Positions 36,925-48,530 of a DNA stretch of 64,000 nt are shown one piece after another. Both the position numbers and the translations under genes were made by a program. The notes under the pieces were generated by a model, which had not been told where the DNA came from, did not search any database, and saw only the letters and a list, made by a program, of their open reading frames with translations. The stretch lies in the NCBI GenBank assembly GCA_016748015.1, contig JAAOMT010000760.1, forward strand, positions 420,219 to 484,218, written 5' to 3'. The first letter of the stretch is position 1. Every line of letters begins with the position of its first letter. Origin of the DNA: Geosiphon pyriformis uo1. Taxonomy: Eukaryota > Fungi > Glomeromycota.

Positions 36925-38297
36925 CGTGTTTGGTTTAATAACTATGATTGGTTTCAGATCTTGTGAAATCTTATCTGGTTGAACTAATATTCTTTGTACT
37001 CCTAGTTGTGGAATATTATTGGTAGATGATAATGCTATCTGGTGATAGTATTTCAGTCAATCACTATGTGTTGCTTTGGCTAAGATTTTGTTGTTCCATC
37101 TTAATTTATAAGCTCTATTTCCAAGAATTTCTTCTATATAAAATAGTTCATCCCATTTGGGGTCGAATTTTTCATTTCATTGTTTTTCTGCTTTGGTGTG
37201 ATGTAATAGTACTTTGTCTCCAATCTTGAATTCAACTGGTTTATTTGGTAGTTGGTTATTGTGTCATTCTTTTTGCTTTTCTTGTGACCTTTAGATGTTA
37301 TCAGCTGCTTTTTGTTGTCTGTTTTCTAGTGTCTCCATTAAGTCATATGTTCTTCTTAATAATGTTTCTTGAAAATTATTTTTTGTGATTGGTTCAGTTG
37401 GATATGTATTGATTTCTATCTCAATTGGTAATGTTGCTGTTCTACCATATACTAATTCAAATGGTGTTGCTTGTGTAGTATCTTGCTTTATTGTCTAATA
37501 AGCAAATAATACTGATGGTATAAACAAATTTCATTCATCCTGGTTTTCCTAACTGATTTTGGCAATTGCTTTACACAGTGTTCTATTGAATCTTTCTACT
37601 AATCCATTGGTTTGTGGATGGTATGGTAATGACAATGGTCTTTTGATTCCAAATCTTTGACTTAATTCTGTTAATGTTTTGTTTACAAAGTGAGTTCTTT
37701 GATCTGATAGTAGTTTTTTTGGACATTTATGTCAACAAATCAAATCTTGGTGAACGAATTCGGCAATGAATTTTGTATCTGCTCTTTGAATGGCTTTTGC
37801 TTCTGGCCATTTAGTGAGATAATCCATGACTACTGCAATATATCTGTTGCCTTTGCTGGTAATTGTTAATGGTCCAACTAAGTCAATTCCAATGCGATCA
37901 AATAGTTGTCCCACTTTAATTGGTCTTAATGGTTCACTGGGTTTGTTCCTCTTCTTTTCTGACAAGCATCACAATTTTGAACATACTGGATGATGTTTGG
38001 ATACATTAACAACCAATAGTATCTTTTTTTGGTTCTTTTTATGGTTACTTCTTTATAAAAATGTTCTGCCATTAGATCTGAGTGCATATTGAACAATATT
38101 GTTTTTTTTTCTGGTTCTGTAATTACTCTGATTGGTTGATCTTGGTTCTTTTTGTTTTTCTGGTAAAGTATATTTTGATGATTGATAAAATATTTTGATT
38201 GTTATTTTATGTTGTTTTGTTTTTTTTGAGATAATTTCTTCTTGAACAATTGGGTATTTATATAATGTTGGAGTTGTTGGTATTTTTGTATATTCAT
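36925..38297 (-). pseudogene. Integrase ORF of element F
   Basis: ATG at 38297; ORF 37732-37965 (FDRIGIDLVGPL…MDYLTKWPEA). Confidence 0.9.
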
Positions 38298-38327
38298 CTT
38301 TTGTTATATTTTTGGATTGAAATGTTT

Positions 38328-40545
38328 TTAGATTTGTTTTATTCGCAACAATCTGTTGGCATTTCTATTGTTTTTTTCCTTTTTATAATGTACTGTATAA
38401 TTAAATGGTGAAAGTTCTATTTTCTATCTGGCATGGTGATTGTCTGCAAATTTCTGTTTCTGGATTGAAGTCAATCCTTTGTGGTCAGTATACACATCAA
38501 ACTTTTGACTCAAGTATTTTCTCCATTTCATGACTGCCCAATAGATTGCTAAGTGTTCCAGTACTGGTGTTCCATAATTTTTTTCGGCTGGACTTAAGCT
38601 TCTACTGGTGTAAGCTACTGGATATTCCTTTCTATCTGGTTCTTTCTGTGATAGTACTGCTCCCATTGCTTGACCTAATGCATCAGTAGTAATAATGAAT
38701 GGTTTGCTGTGGTCTGAATACATCAACACTGGAGCTTGAATAAGCTTTCTTTTCAATGTGTCAAATGCTTTTTGTTGAGCTTCCGTCCATTCATACTTTA
38801 CATTCCTGGTTTGTAAATGGTGAAGTGGCTAAGCTAGTTTAGAAAAGTCTTTGATAAAGTGGTGATAATAGTCTGCAAATTCCAAAAATGCCCTTAGTTC
38901 TGGCAAGTTTGTTGGTACTGAAAAGTTTTTTACTATTGCAATCTTATTTGGATCCATTTTGATACCATCTTTGCTCACAATATGTCCCAAAAACTTGAGC
39001 TCGGTTTTGCCAAAGAAGCATTTATTGGCATTTAGTTTCAATCTTGCTTGTTTGAGTCTTTTAAATACTTGTTGGAGATGATATAAATGGTCATCAAATG
39101 TTTTTAAGAACACATTGGTGTCATTCAAGTATATGACTACTGATTTTCATAGTAATTCAGTATAAACAATTTCCATAAGTTGTTGGAATGTTGCTGGAGT
39201 GTTCATCAAGCTGAATGGCATGACTTTAAACTCAAAATTCCTTTCTTTTGTGGTAAATGCTGTTTTTTCTTTGTCAGCTGGATCCATGGCTACTTGCCAG
39301 TAACCACTGTCTAGATCTAATGTTGAGAACCATTTATTTCCTCCAAAAGCATCGAATAGTTCTTGGATCTTTGAAGTCAGATAGTTATCACCTTTAGTTA
39401 CTCCATTCAGTTTTTGATAATCCACACAAAAGCAAATTTTTCTATTCTTCTTCTGGACTAGTACCACTGGTAATAACCATAAGCTCATTGATGGCTGAAT
39501 TAGCCCATTATCAAGCATTTGATTGATTTCTTGACGAATGATTTCATGGCTGGCTAGTGGTACTTTGTATGCCTTTTGTTTAATTGGCATCATATCTCCA
39601 GTTTTGATCTGATATTAAATGATGTTGGTGTGGCCAAATTCATTTTTGCTAGTAAAGATGTTATTGAAATTGTTGAGTAACATTTTTAGTTGTATTTGTT
39701 AGAGTGGGTCTAGATTCCCCATGTTTATCTGTTCCAATTGTTCTGGTTGGAGCAAATAACATTTGCTTCATCCATAAATGGTTTGTGATGTGATGTCCAC
39801 ATATCCACACAGCTGTAGAAAATTTGGAATGTGGTTTGGTAGTTGATCCTCAACTTTGGTGGTTAAATATCCAATGATGGTTCTCTTTAGTATTTCAATG
39901 ACATTCTCAGTTGTGTTGTAGATGGAAATTTTAATGTTTTTGGGGCTGTTGGCTGAGATGTAGAGATTGATAAGTCCAATCTCTCCTGATTCACAAATGG
40001 TGGCTTTTGCTTCAAACAATTGAGCTTGATTCTTTACTTCCTTTTTTATGACTAATATATACTAGTCATATGGTGGAATGGAAATTGATTGACGGGTTGA
40101 GATAATTTCTTCTTTGTCAACAATTTCTTTCTCTGCTATATTAACTGGTATATTTATTCTATCTGTTGATCTGAATTTCTGTATTCCTTTAGCAGTAATC
40201 CCTAATTCTTCTCTATTTTCTACTAACACCAACTGTGCTATTTTCACCAGAGATAGGAATATTGCTTGTGCTATCTTTTTATTTGAATCTATGATATATG
40301 CTTTTTCTGAATTATTTTGTAGCATAGCAATAATATTTCTTACGTATCTTGCATTAATTATTTCTCCTCTAATGTTGATTCCTTTTTTTGCTAAGCTACT
40401 CCTAGATGCTAACTGAACTATTGTTGTTGCTGGAATTTCTAGTGCTATTTTCAGATTGATGCAGGTGCATGAATGTGGTTCCAATTTGAGGAGATCTTTC
40501 CCTGAATATCTCAGATCAAATCCTGCATCAGTATTATGTGCGCAT
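38328..40545 (-). pseudogene. dUTPase-RT-RNase H part of the F polyprotein
   Basis: ORFs 40062-40484 (dUTPase), 39147-39593 and 38829-39128 (RT), 38424-38756 (RNase H: ITTDA…GAVLSQ…LEHLAI…YTDHKGL). Confidence 0.93.
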
Positions 40546-41429
40546 TGTTACAGTTTAAGAATTTAGCAAAAGAATTATAAAAATAATACAAACTATTCAA
40601 TTATAATATAGTGCAGTAATAATCTTAAAAAGGTAATAATTAACATAGTAGCAAACACCATCTCGCGATAGTGGCAAGCACCAGTTTACAATAGCAGCCA
40701 ACACCAACTGGTGATAGCAGCAAACACCAGATTGAAATATCAAAAAGAAAGTATTACAATGTGTTTTCTCATAGAACTACAAACATGTATATATATAGTA
40801 GCTTTAATATTGGGAAAAGACAATCAAGTAATAAAAAAAATAAAAATCATAACTTATCAAATAATAGATCCAATTTTATCTAACAAACTCTACTTTAAAT
40901 CGTACTTTCAAATTAAATATTCCAAGAAACCTTTAAATCAAAAAGAAATGAAAAAGAATATTTATAACTGAATTATCACAACCCAAAGTATTAAAAAACT
41001 TACTTGTATTATTTATTGAATGAAACTATCATTCATTAGCTAAATCCCTTGGAAAAATAATTCTTGATCAAGATTATTCATGTTGTTACTAATTGATAAA
41101 AGCTTTATTGTAAGAATTAGGAAAAGTGCTAAAGGTTATTAACATTCTGTGTTTCTAGATTAGAGAAACACATCAGGCAATTGCAAGAATAGCCTCAGAG
41201 AAGACCCCCAGACAGCAGATAGATTTCAGTTCAGCCTTTGAGAAGGAGTACACAAATACACACAATAATTAGGAATTGAGAAATAACTTACATTGCAACA
41301 TTAAAAAGAAAGCCTTCAGTATAACAGTGACATTATCACACAAATAGAATTGAGGAACTCATGAAAGACTGATTGCAATTAAAACAGGATATTGGCAATT
41401 AAATATAACAAGAAGACTATCCTGTAATA
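40546..41429 (+). repeat. 5' LTR of element G
   Basis: Direct repeat of 47644-48526; TG…TA (decayed CA) termini. Confidence 0.95.
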
Positions 41430-41511
41430 TTTAGTGAACCCTACAAGGAAAGAAAATCAAAAAGGAAATAATAATTAGCAATAATTTATTGCTAAAAAGG
41501 AAGAGACAAAA

Positions 41512-44500
41512 GTGGTGACAAAAACCCCTAATCTTACTGTTCTTGAATTCTGCCGTGCTATTTACACACAAAATCAAAGTAATCTTGAATTACCAGAAGA
41601 GTGTTGTCTAGCAGAATCTGCCCTTACTTATTATATTAACGCCAGAATAAATTATTATATAGGAAAGGAAGAAGAACTACATGATGCAAAACTTGGATTG
41701 TATAGAGAATTATCACAATACACTACAAAAAAAGTAGCAGTAATAGCTGCAACTATTGTCAAAATCTATCGAGAAATTGAGCAATACACTAATAAAAATT
41801 TTCCAATATCCACAGGAAACACTAGGGAATGCGCCAACACAACCAAAGAAAATTCAGAAACTAATCAGAAAAGTAACCAGCAAAAACTAAGAACACCTGC
41901 TCAAACACCAAAGAAAACTGTCACTCAATCAATAAAGAAACAACATATTTATTCATCAGAAGATAAATTATACTATTTTTCACCAGAAAATAAGATACAA
42001 ATTTCATTAGAAGCTGCATCATCATCAACATCAACTCCACAAATGCCAAGAACTTCTAGTTATACTGATAAAATTAAACAATATAACTGGGGAAACATAC
42101 CAATTACAGAAGGATATTTATCACTATTCCAAAACCCTCTTTTTCAGCCAAAATTCGGAATGGGGTTTGAAAACCATGAAGAAGAGTCTGAATCAGAATC
42201 CAAAAAAGAGACCAACAAAAAAACAATCACAAGACCAGTCACTGGAACAAGCAGCCAGTCCAAAAACCAAGAAACTCGTGATCAAAAGAAAGAACCAGAT
42301 ATAAAGGAAGCCACTTTCAGGAACGTTCAAGGAAATATCATCTCACCTCTTCTTAGACCAATAAGCCCACCAGCAGAAAATGGCAATGAAATGGCCACAC
42401 CATACATTACAAGACTAACAGATTTCTCAGGAGAGGAAGAAGAAACAGATGTGTACACATGGCTCAGAGAAGCACAAAAAGTTATCCAGGCAAATAACTG
42501 GAACAACCAAAGAGCAATTCAAACATTACCTTTCTTCCTGAAAGGCACAGCTAACTCGTGATATCAAAGCCTGAAAACAAAACCCACAAGTTTTCAAATT
42601 TAAAAATGCACTCCTGGAGTATTTTAGTGACCCAAACACCATAATCTAACTACAGAACAAATTCAATACTATCAAGCAAAATACTGGTGAAACTATTACC
42701 CAATACCTTGCTTGATTCAATCAAATTTGCCATCAGATTGAAGTGATTGAACAAGGATACTACACTGATCCTCAGGTTTTAAATCAGTTTATTAAAGAAT
42801 TAAAAAGCAGCATTTTAGGAAAAGTATGCCCTGTTCACTCTAATTTCTTACCAAAAGCCATTATGCTTGCCAAAGCCCTTGAATTGGCTGAGAAAGAAGC
42901 TAACTATAGTCAAATAGTTAACATGGTAATAGAGGAAAATAAGACAGAAACATTAAAGAAAAGAGTAACACAATTAGGGGAGGAACTTTCTAAGAAAATA
43001 GAAAGTTACTTCATCCCGGATCCGAGAAAAAATACATATCAACCACCCCAAAAACACAGCCAGGAAGTCAGCGACAATTGAAATAATCACTCGTTATGCC
43101 AGGAATTCAGAACAGAAACACACACCTGCCATTTTTGCAAACATGTAGGATATTTGATTAGTCAATGTTGAATGCAAATAATGCAGAAAGCACGTGAAAA
43201 TAATTACTATGCACCACCCCAAATGTCCAGAAACCAGTACATGCCAATACTATGCTAATATCTCACTATGTATTAAAATCAAGGAACTTATCAGCAACAA
43301 CCCATGATAGCCAACCCGTATTGGCATCCCAAAGCCCAAAATCAGCCCATGTGGAACCAAAACGCATTGGTCCAGAAGAATCCAAACTGCGCTGGAACCA
43401 ATCAGCAAACCAATCCAAACTATCAAAATTATCAACAAACTTATCTTAATATACTAGAAAATCTAATCATTGGAAACAATGACAGTAGAAACATAAACAG
43501 AACCAAAAATTTCTCCAACAAATTGAGCCAGACAATACCACCAGCAGTTGCCACCAAAAATAGTAGCTTCACAGCTATTTTTTTTTTTGAATTAGAGGAA
43601 AACAAGACTATGTTCAGTAGAACAGCATTGGACAAAAAACGCTCAATCACTACTATGTATATGGAAGCCACTGTAAACAATATCCCAATCAAACTTATCT
43701 TAGACAGTGGATCTACTGAAAGCATCATAACACTTCAACTAGTAAACCAACTAGGTTTCAAAGTTGATTGTACCACAATGTTCCAAATTATAACAGCTGA
43801 TGGAAGTACAAAGCTGCCTCATGGCGAAATCAACTCATTTCCTTTCAAAATTAACAGCATAGTAATACTTACAAAAGTATTAGTAATGGACATTACACAA
43901 TATCAAGTGTTAGTAGGAAATGACTGGCTAACAAAAGCCAACGCCACTTTAGACTGGACTACCCAAGAGCTTCTGATCAATTATAATGGCTATTAGGCCA
44001 AAATTCCAGCCACCTGTGGCCACTTCCAAAAACCCAGTGCTAACCAAAGACCTACCTTCAAATTTGAGGGAAATTCAGCACTACCAGCCATCAAAACTTA
44101 TCAGCTCTCTTGGGCTGATAACCAAAAAACAGGACTACCAGCCATACTAACATGAACCAGTGAAAAAAAATCCGAATAGAACCAGGTAAGTCCACAAAGA
44201 AACCACCAGCGATGCAAACCAAAGCTAGAATGCTCAGTTTGCAAGAAAAAACTCTTGTTTATGACTGTGTACAGCGCACCAAATGAAGACCCAAGAAACT
44301 CCATCCACTACTATTGTAACTGTTATAACAAAGAAAAATATGGTTACCCAGAAAGACACAGAAAATGGGATGAGGAACTGTGCCTCACTTGTGAAAAACC
44401 ATTACCAAGAGGGTGTGACTGGAACAACATACCAGGCAGAGGAGGAATGTGTGACACAACTTGCCAATACACAATTCTCATCTGTGACTAAGTAAGAGAA

Positions 44501-47224
44501 GGAACGCCGTTCAAAGCAGCATTCAACAGAGTGTTAAAAAGACTACAGCACTACCCACACGACGAGAACGAATTGTACAACACTACACAAGCCAAAGTAA
44601 GAGGAGGAACCGCCAAAGAAATATGATGCTAGAAAGAGTCAGCTGAAGTAGCCGACGAAGTCGCCAGCTATAACATGTTCGACCCAGTGGATAAATTTCA
44701 GGACTACTACCAACAACTATGCCCCATTTGACAAGAGCAAGAACAATACCTCGCCCAAATCAACACTTACCTCTGTGAAAACTGTCTTATTCCATGCCAA
44801 AATCAGTGCTGTGAAGAGTATTGAGATAAAAGGGACTTAGAAAGAAAAATGAAAATTGAGAATCAGCAGTCTCAAAATCAATCAATAAATCAACAAGACT
44901 CATCTGATGGTTCTGAATCAGAAAATTTTGTAGCCTATACTGACCTAGAACAGGTAATCGACATCTGATACTTTGACAATGGACACTTAGGAATAATACC
45001 TGAAAGAGCCCATCCAACTAACACCGAATTTGATCTATGTTATCTGAAAGACCAATCCACAATATTACCACCCAGAAGCATCACCAAAATTGACCTAAAA
45101 ATTGTGGTTGAAATTCTGCCAGGAATAATGGTTCAAATAGTGTCGTGATCAAGCCTTGCGAAAAAAGGAATAAGCATTCAAGGAGGAGTAATTGACTCCG
45201 GATACACTGAAAATTTGATGGTTTTGCTACAGAACAATTCAGAAAAGCCTTATACTATTGAATCTAAGGAAAAGATTGCACAAACAATTTTCCTACCATT
45301 GGTAAAAATTAGGAAATTCGTGCCAGTGGAAAATCATGAGGAATTGTTACAAACAACGAGAAGAACTTTTGGTTTTGGATCAACAGGAAAAGAAATTGAA
45401 GCGAATTTCACTAAAACAATAGAGAAAAAAGGTGAAGTAATTAAAAATAAGCAGTCCATCATGCTCCTACCATATGGAAAATCAGAAATAAGAATAAAAA
45501 AAAGGACAATTAAAGAAAAAAACCTAATATTTGAGCCCTACCCAGAAACTTGTCAACAGTTTCTTATAGGACTTACTAACCTTTTTATTCCAGCTGATAA
45601 AGCTCAATGGATAAAAATTCCTATCAAAAACACCACAGAAGAACCCGTCTATATTCTGGAAGATACCATCATTGGATATCTCAGAACAGAGCTAGAAAAT
45701 GCGTCAACACCAAAAGAAATTCTAAATTTCCCAGAAATCGCCTTTTACTGTAAACTCACTTCAATAAATTGGCAACAACCATTAAAATGCTATCAATTTA
45801 TGCCAGAAGAATTGGCCAAATTAAACATTGGAACAATGGATCCTGACCAACAGTGACAATTAAAAGCATTAATTTTAAAATACTCTGATATATTTTCATG
45901 AAATGACGAATTTAGAAGAACCAACTTGGTTTAACACCAAATCTTCACTGAAGACACCAGACCTGAAAAACAACACGCTTACCGTGTTCCACCAATAGAG
46001 CATAATTTTATTAAAGAAAAAGTCCAAAGCATGTTGGAAAAAAGAATAATACAACTATTAATGAACTTATGGTCCTCACCAGTTGTTTTAGTAAGGAAAA
46101 AGAACAGAAAAATTAGATTTTGTATCGACTATCACAAACTAAACAGCAAAACAACCAAAAATTTATACCTAATACCATTAATTGATGAAATCTTCAACAT
46201 TTTTGAAGGAGCAAAATGGTTTTCTACACTGGACTTGACCAGTGGGTACTGGCAAGTGGAAATAGACCCAAAAGACAGACATAAAACAGCATTCACAACA
46301 CAAAATGGCAATTATAAGTTCAATATAATGCCATTTGGATTAACAAACACCTCCACGACATTCCAAAAACTAATGGACGTAATTTACTCCAGAATCTTGT
46401 GGCAATCTGTTGTTGTCTACTTGAATGATACAAATGTTTTCTCGTCAAAATTCATGGATCATTTCCAATATTTACAACAAGTTTTTGAGAGATTGAAACA
46501 CGCTAGACTTAAATTAAATCTAAAAAAATGTTTCTTTGGGAAAAATGAGCTAGCATTTTTAGGACATGTAATTGGAAAAGATGGAATAAAACCAGATCCA
46601 TCAAAAATAGACAAAGTGAAAAATTTTCCAGTACCTCGAAACATTTCAGAAGTTAGAAGCTTTTTAGGACTCACATCTTACTACTGCTGCTTTGTAGAAA
46701 ACTTTTCAAACATTGCCAAACCTCTTAATTACTTACTATCCAAAAATGTGAAATTTGAATAGACTGAAGCACAACAAAAAACTTTTGAGTACCTTAGACA
46801 AAAGCTTATTGAATCACCAATAATGATCTATTCGAATTTCAACAAGAAATTCATTTTGGTCACAGATGCCTCTGGAACTGGACTTGGAGTCATTCTGTCA
46901 CAAAAAAATAATAATGGAAGAGAACGTGTAATTGCTTATGCTAACAGAAGTTTCAGTATGACAGAACAAAACTATGCAGCACATGAACTTGAATGCTTAG
47001 CAGTAATCTGGAGTTGTGTTCACTTTGATACATATTTACGGTACCAACTCTTTGAGATTACCACAGATCATAAAGATCTGGTCTGGTTAAATAACAAGAA
47101 AGTGCTAAAAGAAAAATATACTAAATAGTCACAAATGTTAGCACCATATGATTATATTATCAAATACAAAGAAGATACCAAAAATGCTAATGCTGACTGT
47201 TTGTCAAAAATGAGACACACATAA
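41512..47224 (+). pseudogene. gag-PR-Cys-rich-dUTPase-RT-RNase H frame of element G
   Basis: ORFs 41512-42561 and 42743-43081 (gag), 43304-43996 (LILDSGS protease), 44255-44491 (Cys-rich), ~44990-45390 (dUTPase: GGVIDSGY, KIAQ, GFGSTG), 46031-46762 (RT), 46823-47128 (RNase H); ends NADCLSKMRHT*. Confidence 0.93.
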
Positions 47225-47253
47225 AAATCACCAACCCACCTGCCACAACAACA

Positions 47254-47630
47254 ATAAACAACCATCTTTATAGAAACCTTAGCCAATACTTGGAAACACT
47301 ATAAATAGACGAAGAAATGCCAGTAAAAGAGCTAATTAAGCTCCAAAAATTAGCAAAACAACTATCCAACTATTATAACTTTTTATTGAAAAAACCAACA
47401 CTACATTCCATTCTAAAACAGTTTACAGAATTTTCAAAGCATTTGAAAACTGTCACAAACTATTGTTGGACCCAACCATGAACATAATAACAACTAACAG
47501 TATTGAACGACTTACCAACTCACAATTTCAAGAATTACAACAACAAATTAATAATACAGTATTGAACCACTATAGTAACTTAAAATTTAATGAAGAAATT
47601 AACTTCGATTTTGATGGAGCTCAATCTTGA
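47254..47630 (+). pseudogene. Deletion junction: first ~35 codons of the integrase ORF joined to the C-terminal ~90 codons of ORF3
   Basis: (M)NNHLYRNLSQYLETL… resembles the start of the other integrase ORFs. FIEKTNTTFHSKTVYRIF…FDGAQS* aligns with the ORF3 end. Confidence 0.7.
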
Positions 47631-47643
47631 AAGGAGAGGATAA

Positions 47644-48526
47644 TGTTATGGTTTAAGAATTTAGCAAAAAAATCATAAAAATAATACAAACTATTTAATC
47701 ATAATATAGCACAGTAATAATCTTAAAAAGATAATAATTAACATAGTAGCAAACACCATCTCATGATAGTGGCAAGCACCAGTTCACAATAGCAGCCAAT
47801 ACCAACTGGTGATAGCAGCAAACACCAGGTTGAAATATCAAAAAGAAAGTATTACAATGTGTTTTCTCATAGAACTACAAACACATATATATACAGTAGC
47901 TTTAATATTGGAAAAAGACAATCAAGTAATAAAAAAAATAAAAATCATAACTTATCAAGCAATAGATCCAATTTTATCCAACAAACTCCACTTTAAATTG
48001 TACTTTCAAATTAAATATTCCAAGAAACCTTTAAATCAAAAAGAAATAAAAAAGAATATTTATAACTGAATTATTACAATTCAAAGTATTAAGAAACTTA
48101 CTTGTATTATTTATTGAATGAAACTATCATTCATTAGCTGAATCTCTTGGAAAAATAATTCTTGATCAAGATTATTCACATTGTTACTAATTGATAAAAG
48201 CTTTATTGTAAGAATTAGGAAAAGCACTAAAGACCATTAACATTCTGTGTTTCTAGATTAGAGAAACACATCAGGCAATTGCAAGGATAGCCTCAGAGAA
48301 GACCCCTAGACAGCAGTAGATTTCAGTTTAGCCTCTGAGAAGAAGTACATAAACACACACAACAATCAGGAATTGAGGAATAACTTACATTGTGACATTA
48401 AAAAGAAAGCCTTCAGTATAACAGTAACATTATCACACAAATAGAATTGAGGAACTCACAAAAGACTGATTGTAATTAAAACGGGATATTGACAATTAAA
48501 TATAACAAGAAGACCATCCTGTAACA
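47644..48526 (+). repeat. 3' LTR of element G
   Basis: TGTTATGG…TGTAACA; direct repeat of 40546-41429. Confidence 0.95.
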
Positions 48527-48530
48527 GCAT

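Larger units (their letters stand above)
40546..48526 (+). mobile_element. Ty3/gypsy element G (second, divergent family; integrase largely deleted), inserted in the dUTPase of F
   Basis: LTRs 40546-41429 and 47644-48526; TSD GCAT at 40542-40545 and 48527-48530; PPT GAAAGGAGAGGA at ~47629-47640; PBS-like TTTAGTGAACCCT after the 5' LTR. Confidence 0.95.

Noticed and set aside
40711-40971. 86-aa ORF repeated at 47809-48069
   Set aside because: Duplicated only because it lies in both LTRs of G; GTG start, spans the TATA region, no recognisable domain.
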